A stretch of 64,000 bases of DNA from Octopus sinensis (lineage: Eukaryota). The DNA lies in assembly GCF_006345805.1 (NCBI RefSeq), contig NC_043007.1, positions 20,708,001 through 20,772,000 of the forward strand, read 5' to 3'. Positions within the stretch are counted from its first letter, which is position 1. The number at the start of each line of letters is the position of its first letter. Below are positions 47,423-59,532 of the stretch, in pieces. The notes under the pieces were generated by a model that saw nothing but the letters and a program-made list of their open reading frames with translations, was not told where the DNA came from and ran no database searches. The position numbers and the translations under genes were made by a program.

Positions 47423-47502
47423 AGCTAGGCCTGCATCTAGAGACACGCATGTTTCAGGGTCTTTGCCCATCATCGGTCTAGAGTAGTAGAGGCCTGCTAG
47501 CT
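47423..47502 (-). ncRNA. Candidate type I hammerhead ribozyme with extended stem I, C4 core variant, in an ACSS1 intron (sense orientation)
   Basis: Minus: AGGCCU-cuacuac-UCUAGA-CCGAUGA-UGGG(CAAAGA)CCCU-GAAAC-AUGCGU-GUC-UCUAGA-ugc-AGGCCU; predicted cut between 47442 and 47441. Confidence 0.72.
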
Positions 47503-47954
47503 GAAGATATCCGTCTTGACTTCGTAAATATATATATCTAATTTTCAGTGTTAGAAAATAGAAATTTGATATTTCATCTCATTTTTGTGGTAAAACTAGA
47601 AATCTGTCAGTAAAAACAAGCATTCCAGTTGATCAGATCAATGGAACAGCCTACCTGCGGAAATAATGTATAAGTGGCTGAGTGCCCCACAGATATAGTT
47701 CTCAGGGATATTCAGTGTGACACAATATGACAAGGCTGGCCCTTCTGAATTACAGGTGCAACTTATTTTTGCCAGCTGAGTGGAATGGGGCAATGTGAAA
47801 AATAAAGTGTTTTGCTCAAGGAAATTAAACTGCCAGAAATTGAACTCACGTCCTTATAATTGTGAGCTGAATATTCTAATCACTAAGTAATGTGCCTTCA
47901 CTTTAGTGGTAGGTAAATCAGAAACAGCTAATGATTATTATGAGATTCAATTAA

Positions 47955-48472
47955 GGCAGCAAGCTGGCAGAAACGTTAGCATGCCGGGCAAAATGCTTAG
48001 TGATATTTCGTCTGCCGCTAAGTTCTGAGTTCAAATTCTGCCGAGGTCGACTTTGCCTTTCATACTTTTGGGGTCGATTAAATAAGTACCAGTTACGCAC
48101 TGGGGTTGATATAACCGACTTAATCCATTTGTCTGTCCTTGTTTGTCCTCTCTGTGTTTAGCCCCTGGTGGGTAGTAAAGAGATAGTTATTTCGTATGTC
48201 TCTATGATCCGAGTTCTAATTCCGCTCAGGCCGACTTTGCCTTTCATCCTTTTGGGGGTCGATAAGTTAAGTACCAGTTGTGTATTGGGGTTGATCTAAT
48301 TGACCGGCCTCCTCCCCAAAAGTTTCGGGCCTTGTGCCTAGAGTAGGAAAAGAATCAATACTCTATTTTACTTTTGGGGTCGATAAATTAAGTACCAGTT
48401 GTGTACTGGGGTCAATCTAATCGATTGGTGCTTTTCCCAAAATTTTCAGGCCTTGTGCCTAGAGTAGAAAAG
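47955..48472 (+). mobile_element. Multimeric Nin-domain SINE
   Basis: One head followed by three central-domain copies with two tail types. Confidence 0.8.
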
Positions 48473-48852
48473 ATTATGAGATTGCAATTTTTAAAGAGTA
48501 TGTGGTGCTGAAAGATAAAAGAACATGAATATAAATAAAAGATGTCTGCGACTTGGTCTGAAAGTTGTTTTAGTATCCTTGCACGCATTCTTGCTATGCA
48601 ATTTGCAAGACAATAATCTCTGAGAAGGAATGCCAAGAAAATGAGGAGTAAAATGGGAGAAAAAAAGAGATCCAGAGTAGAACAGATGACTACTCCCGTT
48701 TTAGAAGATAATGTAAGGATGATCAAGTGGGGTAGGCACTCAAGCCTGTTTTGCCAGTACCAGCCTTTATGAGCAAAGTTGCTAAGACCAAGTAACTTGC
48801 AAGACAGAAATACATATATTGAACGAAATAGTAAAAGGCCAAGAAATCTCAC

Positions 48853-48980
48853 TATAGCATCCTCGATCTCAGCTGTACCAAGTCGGTGGCCACTGACATT
48901 GATGACATCATCGACTCTCCCAGTAATACGATAAAACCCGTGTTCATATCGTATAGCATTGTCTCCAGAGAAATATAAAC
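48853..48980 (-). CDS. ACSS1: ACSS1-like exon (128 bp)
   Basis: (G)[42 protein letters not shown]. Confidence 0.95.
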
Positions 48981-49698
48981 CTACAGATGAAAATAAAATA
49001 TTTATAACATGTATAAAATAATAAATAACAATAAAAACAAAAAAAGCTTGAAAATATATTCTTTGAAAAGACATAAAAAACATTTTTTTTTAGTTATTAG
49101 TTTTAGATTTTCGCAAATAATTGTTTCCCTTCAATAAAATGTCTTTTATGGTATTTCATTCTTGAATTTGTTTTGCAAGAATCTCAGCATGAAATTATGT
49201 GTTGAAACTGGTATTGTTGTACTTTGGGAGGGTCATTTGGTGAATAAACACACCTGTTGGTTGTAGTCCATGTCAGTTTTATTTTCTTTATTGAATTTTA
49301 TTATATTTTCTTATGACCACTTGTGTATTTGGAAATCATTGAAAAGGTCATAGAAAATGCCACAATATCTACAATGTGTGTGTGTGTGTGTGTGTCTGTG
49401 TTCAGTTTTATCATTAACTAATCAATTAATTAATTAGTTAATTATCGATTAGGTTGTTGTAAATGTCACTTTACTGTAGCTTTTATAGATACTCACACAC
49501 ACACATACATAAATATATATATATGGCTGGCTTCTTTCACTTTCCGTCTACCAAATCCACTTACAGGACTTTTGGTTGGCCTAAGGCTATGGTAAAAAAA
49601 CACTTGCCTAAGGTGCCACACACAGAGACCAAACCTGAACCATGTGGTTAGGAGGCAAACTTCTACTATATAGCCATATTTTCATTGGATTTTAATGA

Positions 49699-50071
49699 CT
49701 AGCAGTATCGCCCAGCGTTGCTCGGGTTTGTTTCAAACCTTTAGAATTGGAATTTTTGAAAAGTAAAAATTTTGCATTATGTAGCTTGTTATTCTGGTTG
49801 AAATACACTGAAAAATGGCAACACAGCAGTCAAAAAATCGTAAAAAAATAGGGATTTTCATAGAAAAAAAGCACCTTTTTGATGCAAATAATTTTTGGTG
49901 TTAACATGATCCAATTTGAATATTTTCTTCTACAGAATGAAGAGCAAGCCTTCTTCTATCATACTGTCAATTTTGGTCAACTTGCGCCATAGGGTCTCGG
50001 AGGAGATAGTGTTAGTTGAAGGCTACCAAACCTGCCACACACAGACATCTTCAGCTTTATATAGAGAGAGA
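49699..50071 (-). mobile_element. Non-autonomous Helitron
   Basis: Minus strand starts TC and ends with hairpin cccgagcaacgctggg followed by CTAG; inserted between A and T. Confidence 0.75.
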
Positions 50072-50099
50072 TTTATAAATATTACAAAAGTTAAATTAC

Positions 50100-50226
50100 C
50101 TTTGTCAGACTTAAAATATGTATCTACGAAACGAGATTTCCCTCCATATATTGTTCTGCACATGCCTGGCCATGGTTGCTTAATACACAGCAGCCCTTCT
50201 TTGTTGTCACCTTTTAATTCATTATT
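50100..50226 (-). CDS. ACSS1: ACSS1-like exon (127 bp)
   Basis: NNELKGDNKEGLLCIKQPWPGMCRTIYGGKSRFVDTYFKSDK; AG/GT boundaries. Confidence 0.93.
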
Positions 50227-50478
50227 CTGAAATTTAAAACAATATTAAAAATACCTTTCAATACTTTTAAGAAGAGAAACAAGTGTAGAAAACTGTTTTC
50301 CATTTTATTTCGTTTTTGGATTTGGTTTGCAAGATTCTTTATATGAGTTCGTGTGTTGAAGCATATTCTGTTGTGTCTGGGGAGAGTCATTTTCTTTTTG
50401 TGCCTTATAATGTAACACACTCACCGGCAAAATTTCCACTTATTTCTTATTTTTATTTTCCTAAAATTTTCGTTGCTA

Positions 50479-50833
50479 TTCCTCAAACATAGCAGCAGTT
50501 CCCAAACTCATTTTTGCACAGTGGGCTGGTTTTGTTTGTTCCTTCTTGAGCCATGCCTGGCTCATAAGGGCCGGTTTTCCAGTTTCCTTGGCGTATAGGT
50601 TCCCCACCTGGACGGGATGCCAGTCCGTTGCAGGTGAGCTGCAAGATGCAGGAGGAAAGAGTGAGAAAAAGTTGTGGCGAAAGAGTCAGCAGAAGTTCAC
50701 CATTACCTTCTACCAGAGCCGCGTAGAGCTTAGGCGTTTTGCTCATAAACACACACATCGCCCAATCTGAGATTTGAACCTGCGATCCTTTGACCGCGAG
50801 TCTGCTGCTCTAACCACTAGGCCTTGTGCCTCC
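50479..50833 (-). mobile_element. tRNA-derived SINE with V-like domain
   Basis: ggaggcac..ggcctagtggttagagc head; cctgcaacggactggcatcccgtccagg domain. Confidence 0.78.
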
Positions 50834-51167
50834 ATGTCTTTCCTTATGAGTGAGAGAACACATGAAATAATATTTCCATATAATTTATTTGCTTTTCCCC
50901 TCATTTTGAGGAATGATTATCTCATTGCTAAAATATGTTATGACATAACTCTTTTCTATACAATTTAATCTTGATGCCTTAAATAAAGACAATGTTTCCA
51001 GTGATGACCCAATGACTCAATAAGGGTCAATAAAATTATACTTTTATGACCAATGACCCAATAAGGGTCAATAAAATTACACATTTTATTAATACCAGGT
51101 ATTTGAGAAAAAACAAATTTCAAAATTAGTGATGGTTATATTATTGCTGAGAAGTGCTGCAACATAC

Positions 51168-51280
51168 CTCTTTATCTACCAAACACGGTTCAATACCATA
51201 GAATGGTCTCATCGGCATAGCTGGAAATATTTCAGCTTTGGAATTTGATGGTCTTGGGGAAATGAGAATACCTCCTGTTT
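51168..51280 (-). CDS. ACSS1: ACSS1-like exon (113 bp)
   Basis: (E)TGGILISPRPSNSKAEIFPAMPMRPFYGIEPCLVDKE. Confidence 0.93.
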
Positions 51281-51572
51281 CTGAAATAGTGTACGTATTT
51301 TGCTGTCAATTTTACAATTAAATAAAAATTAAAGACGAATGGGAATTTTTTTTTTTTATGTGGAAGAAGGAAAAAAGAACCAAAAGAAGAAAAAAGGAAA
51401 ATAAGAAAGAATGGTTACGGGGGAAAATATATATTTTTTACAAGGCTGAAAATATACAGTACAATCCATCATCATCATCATTGTCATCATCAGCACCATC
51501 GCTGCCGCCATTGCCATCGTCATCATTGTCATTAACATCTTCATCTACTGAGTAGCCATGTTTTCTGAAACA

Positions 51573-51822
51573 GTTTTGCCGAACTGCTAAGTTACGGGGA
51601 TGTAAACATACCAGTATCGGTTGTCAAGTGATGTTGGGGGGAACAAACACAGATGCACAAACATATACATACATACATACATATATATATATATCCACCA
51701 CGTGACCGACCAGTCCATCAGATGTAGTTACACATCGCTGGTCACAATGCGTTCGCATTGTTTTAGCCTTCGAATGACGCCACCCCACTGGCTAAGCAAG
51801 CAGGCCACATATATATATATAC

Positions 51823-51878
<56 letters not shown>

Positions 51879-51886
51879 TATAATAT

Positions 51887-51950
<64 letters not shown>

Positions 51951-52140
51951 ATATATATATACATATATACATATATACGATGGGCTTCTTTCAGTTTCCG
52001 TCTACCAAATCCACTCACAAGGCTTTGGTCGGCCCGAAGCTATAGTAGAAGACACTTGCCCAAGGTGCCACACAGTGGGACTGAACCCGGAACCATGTGG
52101 CTGGTAAGTAAGCTACTTACCACACAGCCACTCCTACACC
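51573..52140 (-). mobile_element. OR-type SINE with a foreign insert (51695-51810) in its TA tract
   Basis: Family consensus split by the insert. Confidence 0.75.
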
Positions 52141-52186
52141 TAGAATATACATATTCTATATGTAGGCATTAAACCAGCCCACTTGT

Positions 52187-52882
52187 GGAGGCACATGACC
52201 TAGTGGTTAGAGCAGCAGACTCGCAGTCAAAGCATCACGGGTTCGAATCTCAGACTGGGTGATGTGTGTGTTTATGAGCGAAACACCTAAGCTCCAGGCG
52301 GCTCCGGCAGAAGGTAATGGTGAACTTCTGCTGACTCTTTCGCCACAACTTTCTCTCACTCTTTCCTCCTGCATCTTGCAGCTCACCTGCAACGGACCAG
52401 CGTCCCGTCCAGGTGGAAAACCTATATGCCAAGGAAAGCAGGAAACCGGCCCTTATGAGCCAGGCATGGCTCGAGAAGGAAAACAAGGTAAAATTGGATA
52501 TCTGTAGATTTAGTGCCAGAGGAAGGTAAAATTGGTGGAGGCACATAGTCTAGAGGTTAAAGCAGTGGACTTGCCGTCGAGGGATCATGGGTTCAAATCT
52601 CAGATTGGGCGATGTGTGTGTTTATGAGTGAAACACCTAAGCTCCCGTGGCTCTGGCAGAAGGTAATGGCGAATGTCTGCTGACTCTTTCGCCACAACTT
52701 TCTCTCACTCTTTCCTCCTGCATCTTGCAGCTCACCTGCGACGGGCCGGCATCCCGTCCAGGTGGGGAACCTATATGCCAAGGAAACTGGCCCTTATGAG
52801 CCAGGTGGGGCTCGAGAAGGAACAAACAAAACCAGCCCACTGTGCAAAAAAGAGTTTGGGAACTGCTGCTATGTTTGAGGAA
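52187..52882 (+). mobile_element. Two tandem V-domain SINEs (52187-52484 and 52537-52882)
   Basis: Same family as 50479-50833, in opposite orientation. Confidence 0.8.
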
Positions 52883-52903
52883 TTGGTAACTTGTTAATCT
52901 TAC

Positions 52904-52996
52904 CTGTCTGCCACCAAGTATCGACAATGTCGCACCGTTGCTCTCCAACGTTTTTGTAATACCACTCCCAGGCTTCATGATTGAGAGGTTCTCCGA
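52904..52996 (-). CDS. ACSS1: ACSS1-like exon (93 bp)
   Basis: (V)[30 protein letters not shown]. Confidence 0.95.
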
Positions 52997-53113
52997 CTAA
53001 AACAGGGATTTATATTCCAAAGATGAAAAACAAAGAAAAACTGAAGACAGTCTATAGATATATGCATGCAAAAAAATTAATCAAAATAAACAAAAACAAT
53101 TTAATTAACAGTA

Positions 53114-53162
<49 letters not shown>

Positions 53163-54789
53163 CCATCCTTGTCATCATTATCATTTAACATTCACTATTC
53201 CATGCTTGCATGGATCAGACAGAATTTGTTGAGGTACATCTTTCTGTTGTTGGATGCCTATACTGTCACCAACCCTCGTGTGTTTTCAAGCGAAATAATA
53301 GTTTTCCATTGCTAGACATGCATTCCACAGAAACCCAGACATGAACAACACTGCTTGTATGACAGTGATGCTTGTTTACAGCCATCACATGATGTCAAGT
53401 CAAGGATACACACAAACACACAAGAACATACATATACACACGACAAGCTTCTTTTAGTTCCATCTGCCAAACCCATCCACAAGACTTTGATCAGCCAGAG
53501 GCTAAAATAGAAGACCCTCACCCAAAGTGTCATGCATTGGGACTGATTTCAAGACCGCATGATTGGAAAGCAAGCACCTTAAACATCTAGCTGTATCTGT
53601 CCCTATGCTATCACATTTAAGAATATTAAGCATTATGATGTTTTCAAAAACGTTTTCTTCATGAGATTTATATGTAAAGAGTCCCATCCGAGCATGATCA
53701 TTGCAGGAGCGGCTAGCTGGCTTCCATGCCAGTGGCACATAAAAGTCACCATTCGAGTGTGATCATTACCAGCGTTGCCTTACTGGCACGTGAAAAAACA
53801 TTCGAGTGAGGTTGTTGCCAGTACCACCTGACTGGCCCCCATGCCAGTGGCACATAAAAGCACCCACCACACTCTCCGAGTGGTTGGTATTAGGAAGGGC
53901 ATCCAGCTGTAGAAATTCTGCCAGATCAAGATTGGAGCCTGGTGCAGCCATCTGGTTCGCCAGTCCTCAGTCAAATCGTCCAACCCATGGCAGCATGGAA
54001 AGCAGACTTTAAATGATGATGATGATGATGATTTTGTGAAAATATTTTGAAATTTTCTTCCTAAAATTTTCAATGATGGAAAGCAAAAAAAAATTAAAGA
54101 CTGTTCCTAGATATGTGTATGCGAAAAATTTAATCAAAACAAGCAGAAGCAATTTAATTAATAGCATTCATCATTATCGTCATTACCACCACTACCATCA
54201 CCACCACCACCACCATCACCACCATCACCACCAACACCAACACTCTCCACAACCACCACCACACCACCACCACCACTTCCATCATCATCATCATCATCAT
54301 TTAACATTCCCAGAAATAGTTACAAAAGCAATATTTTTTTCCAGGTTATGCATTTTTAAACCAAATGTTCTACAGCTGCCAGTCTCAATGGAAATCCTAT
54401 ACAGCCATTCAATCCATTCAATTCTGTAGCCAAATATATACCTCACCAGAATCCAGTAACAACAAGCAGTGGCTATTTTTATTATGGTCCTAATTGGACA
54501 GACCCGTGATTAAAAGTTTGAATACTGCATGTTTTTCATTTTTTGTCTTTTTGTCAGACATATTACATTTTGAATAATCTTATTCAATGTGATTCCGACG
54601 GTAGGATGTGATTTGAGAAACACTTGTCACTACCTGTCATTCTGCTACCTGGTAACGACCTAATCAAGATGAAATAGATCCTTCAGCAGACACCTATTAC
54701 AATGGTTATATTGATTTACTCAACAACAACCTTGAAACATATTTCTTAATTCTTTCTTTCACACACTCTCTCTCACTTATTTCTCTTTC

Positions 54790-54820
<31 letters not shown>

Positions 54821-55368
54821 GACTGTCATTATAGTGACAGTCTTTTTTTTAATATCTGTGTTTTTTGTGTATGTTGAAAAACATACAGAAACACACACAG
54901 AAATACACACACACACACACACACAAACAACTAAAAAGATAACTAAATGTATTTTATATATATATATATAATTATTTTTTGAAGTCTGTGTTGTGTTGAC
55001 AGACTTGCACTTAAAATTCCTATGTTTTTAATCAAATCTTGTTGGTTACTATGGTGATAACACTATCTATCTGTCTGTCTATTTTTCATACACAAACACA
55101 CACACACTCTCACTGTATTTCTTTCTCAATAATAACATTTTCTCCACCCTTTCTTCTAAATAAATGTTGTGACAAGGGTTATCTCCCTTTTTGATTCTTT
55201 TTCTTTTTCCCACCCTCTAAAAGATGTTGTAAAGGACAGACATAAGATTTTCAGATTGGTGTGATACTGTCTTGTCCATCTTTACCACTTACTATCCAAC
55301 ATCATAAATATACTATATTTCATGGAGAACCATGAAAAGGATACGAAAGAGAAAAATATACGCATAAA

Positions 55369-55725
55369 CTGTTGTGTCTGGGGAGAGTCATTTTCTTTTG
55401 GTGCCTTATAATGTAACACACTCATCGATAAAATTTCCACTTATTTCTTATTTTTATTTTCCTAAAATTTTTGTGGTAGTTGCCCTTATTTTACTTGGCA
55501 GTTGCCCTTATTATAATTTTATAATTCTATTTATAAAACTATTGAAAAGGTTGCAAGTCGCAACGAAAATTTTAGGAAAATAAAAATAAGAAAAAAGTGG
55601 AAATTTTACCAGTGAGTGTGTATTACATTATAAGGCGCAAAAAGAAAATGACTCTCCCCAGACACAACAGAATATGCTTCAACACACGAACTCAGATAAA
55701 GAATCTTGCAAACCAAATCCAGAAA
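55369..55725. mobile_element. Fold-back element, same family as 141-418
   Basis: Arms ~55369-55471 and ~55566-55669 are reverse complements. Confidence 0.75.
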
Positions 55726-55796
55726 CGAAATATATGCATAAAAAATACAAAAACAATATTCATTGTTACAAGTAGGGATTAATGTTATAAACTTAC

Positions 55797-55934
55797 CACT
55801 TCCCAGAACACGCAGAGAGGATTTGTCATAATTATGTACCCATGAATCTCCCATTTTAATCAACAAACGAAGAGCTGTGGGTGCCAAGTATATGTGAGTC
55901 AACTTAAGTCTCTCCACGACTTCCCAATAGCGAC
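55797..55934 (-). CDS. ACSS1: ACSS1-like exon (138 bp)
   Basis: (G)[45 protein letters not shown]. Confidence 0.95.
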
Positions 55935-56349
55935 CTTTAAAAGAAAGAAAGAATGTTTCAAAACAAGAAGATAGATTTTTCAAGTTTAAGATCGAAAAGT
56001 TATGCAAAGTTATTAATTGCTGCACCTTTTTGTGTCATATATTTGTTGTTTCTTGTTTGGTAAAAGTGTGGTGCAGGCATGACAGTGCAGTCAAGAAGTT
56101 TGCTCCTCAACCACATGGCTTTGGCTTCAGTTCCACTGCATGGTACCTTGGGCAAGTATCTTCTGCTGTAGCCCTGGGCTGACCAAAGCCATGTGAGTGT
56201 GTTTAGAAGACAGAGACTGAAAGAAACTAACTGTGTGTATATATATATATACTGGAGTAAACACATAAATGTGAAACAAGGTGGAAAAAAGAGTACTCAA
56301 ATACCAGTGGTAGAGTAATATGCTTTATTTAAAGCAGCAGAAAATTCAA

Positions 56350-56399
56350 CAAAACCTGTTACTCTGAGTTTCCCGTTGCCGTTCATCGGACAGTTTTTG
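56350..56399 (-). ncRNA. Candidate minimal type I hammerhead ribozyme, C4 core variant, in an ACSS1 intron (sense orientation)
   Basis: Minus: CAAAAACUGU-CCGAUGA-ACG(GCAA)CGG-GAAAC-UCAGA-GUA-ACAGGUUUUG; predicted cut between 56360 and 56359; host fragment is flanked by (TA)n. Confidence 0.7.
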
Positions 56400-56404
56400 C
56401 TAGA

Positions 56405-56446
<42 letters not shown>

Positions 56447-56457
56447 ATATATATATA

Positions 56458-56540
<83 letters not shown>

Positions 56541-56553
56541 TATATATATATAT

Positions 56554-56669
<116 letters not shown>

Positions 56670-56747
56670 ATATATATATATATATATATCTATATATATA
56701 TATAGATATATATATATATATATATATATAGTATATATATATATATC

Positions 56748-56799
<52 letters not shown>

Positions 56800-56811
56800 G
56801 TGTATGTCTGT

Positions 56812-57087
56812 GAAGGCGCATGGCTTAGTGGTTAGAGCATAGAGCTTTCGATCGTGAGGTTGTGAGTTCGATTCCCGGATCGGGCTGTGTGTTGTGTTCT
56901 TGAGCAAGACACTTTATTTCACGTTGCTCCAGTTCACTCAGCTGTAGAAATGAGTTGTGACGTCACAGGTGCCAAGCTGTATCGGCCCCTTTGCTTTTCC
57001 CTTGGATAACACTGGTGGCGTGGAGAGGGGAGGCCGGTATGCTTGGGTGACTTCTGGTCTTCCATAAACAACCTTGCCCGGACTTGG
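56812..57087 (+). mobile_element. tRNA-derived SINE with CORE-like domain
   Basis: ggcgcatggcttagtggttagagc A-box, gagttcgattcc B-box, ttgtgttcttgagcaagacacttt domain. Confidence 0.75.
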
Positions 57088-57473
57088 TATGTTTATGTCT
57101 TTGTAATTTAGTGGTTCAGCAAAGAGACCAATAGAATAAGTACTAGGCTTCAGAAAAAGTCCTGGGGTCAACTTCATCATCATCATCATCATTGTTTAAT
57201 GTCCGTTTTCCATGCTAGCATGGGTTGGACGGTTCAACTGGGGTCTGGGAAGCCAGAAGGCTGTGCCAGGCCCAGTCTGATCTGGCAGTGTTTCTACAGC
57301 TGGATGCCCTTCCTAACGCCAACCACTCCGAGAGTGTAGTGGGTGCTTTTTATGTGCCACCTGCACAAGTGCCAGACGAGGCTAAAACCCTTCAAGGTGG
57401 TGCTCCAGCATGGCAACAGTCAAATAACTGAAACAAACATAAACATATTAATTGAATCGCAAATATTTGTTAC

Positions 57474-57621
57474 CTGGGTTTGGGTAGGTTGGTGTACTCT
57501 CAAACAGAAGTGTTGTGCCTCCATTACTTAGTGGTCCATACACAACATAGCTATGTCCAGTTATCCAGCCAATGTCAGCCACACATCCAAAGATATCGTC
57601 CATTTGGTAATCAAATACATG
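57474..57621 (-). CDS. ACSS1: ACSS1-like exon (148 bp)
   Basis: [49 protein letters not shown]. Confidence 0.96.
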
Positions 57622-58594
57622 CTGTAAATTAGATATAATTTACTATGGTAGGTATTTAATCCTTTAGCATTCAGATTATTCTGTCAAATGTAAAGCTTAT
57701 CTATTCACACCATTTTTAATTAATCCTGCTTCGTTTCATGGTTTTGAGATTTCAACGATGTGATTGTTTATTTTTATAATTACACTATAAGATTGTCCAA
57801 CCCATGCTAGCATGGAAAGCAGACGTTAAACAATGATGATGATGATCATCATCATCATTGTCATCTTCATTGTCATCACCATCATCATCATCATCAACAT
57901 TTAAAATCCATGTTCCATGTTGGTACAGGTTGAATGGCTTGACAGAATTGAACGAACCCAAGAATTGCATTGTGCTCCAGTATCAACTTTGGCATGGTTT
58001 CTACAGCTGGATGCCTTTCTTAACACCAACCACTTTACAGTGTGTACTGAGTGTACTAGGCTTACAAAGAATAAGTCCTGGGGTCAATTTGCTTGACTAA
58101 AGGTGGTGCCCCAGCATGGTCACAGTCAAAATGACTGAAACAAATAAAAGAATAAATCATTAAATCTTTTCTTTAAAAACCTAATATTAACATATTTCTT
58201 TACTTTCATGAAATTTCATGATATAAAATGTGTTTACATTGTGGAACATTTATTAGCTTACTCCAAATAAAGGATAAAGCACCTTCCTAAGTCATATAAA
58301 CTCATAGGACCAGTTTCCAAGATCCTGTGACATATATATTCCCCCTGGATAGGGTGCCAGTCCCTCACAGGATTACACCCTTTTGCCAGCTGATTGAACA
58401 GGAACAATGAAGTGTTTTACTCCAGAACACAGCACATTGCCCAGGCCAGAATTCAAAACCACAATTCTACATCATGAGTCCAACACCCTAACCACTTAGC
58501 CACACATGGCCCCTTTTTACTCCATATAGAAGATATTTAATGTTTACAGTGTGTGTGTGTGGTGGAGAGTTGTAAATTATAAAATGACCCTTAC

Positions 58595-58750
58595 TTTGTG
58601 TGTAACGGTTGTATACAGCAAATAACCAGCTTGAGTATGCACAAGTCCCTTTGGACTCCCAGTACTACCAGATGTGTATAACATAAATAAGGGATCTTCA
58701 CTATCCATCTCTTGAGGTTTACAATATGGCTTGGAGACTTCACTTAGAGC
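58595..58750 (-). CDS. ACSS1: ACSS1-like exon (156 bp) with the AMP-binding motif
   Basis: [52 protein letters not shown]. Confidence 0.96.
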
Positions 58751-59444
58751 CTGAAAAATTCAAAAGAAGTAAAGCAATTATCAATATAACATAAACAATC
58801 ATCAAAGACAGTAATTATAATGGCTCCGATGCTCACTTTGCAACCAAAAGGTTTTGGGTTCAGTCCCACCATTTGGCACCAAGGCAAATTTCTTCTACAA
58901 TAGCTTTGGCCTTATGAGTAGATTTGGTAGACAGAATATGTGCAGAAGCCCATTGTCTCTCCATCCTTTAGGGCATTTTCTAAGCATTACCCACTATTCT
59001 TGTCTTCTTGGTCCTAAGGCTATATTTTGCACAACTGTTCATCCTTGTCCCCTATCCTAACTCACACTCTGTATCCTTTTGCTTTGTTTGCTCTCAGCCC
59101 TAATTCTCCACAAAAAGAATGTTTTTGTGGGCACTGCCAGTTGTGAGGCTCTCAGTCAAATCATCATTAAGGGTGCAAAACTAATTATTAGTAATTGGTT
59201 GATAACTGATGCAGAATAAGGGACCCTCTATGTTTGTCTCCTGTCCAGTTATACATTTTTTTCAATTATATATATATATATATATCTATGTATGTATGTA
59301 TGTATGTATGTATGTATGTATGTATGTATGTATGCATTTATGTATATATGTATGTATGTATGTATGTATGCATATGTATGTATGTATGTATATATATATA
59401 TATATGTAGGTATGTATGTATGTATGTGTATGTGTGTATGTATG

Positions 59445-59478
<34 letters not shown>

Positions 59479-59496
59479 TGTATGTATGTATATATA

Positions 59497-59532
<36 letters not shown>

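Noticed and set aside
48412-49083. 223-aa ORF as a standalone gene
   Set aside because: Only 48853-48980 is an ACSS1 exon; the rest is intron read-through.
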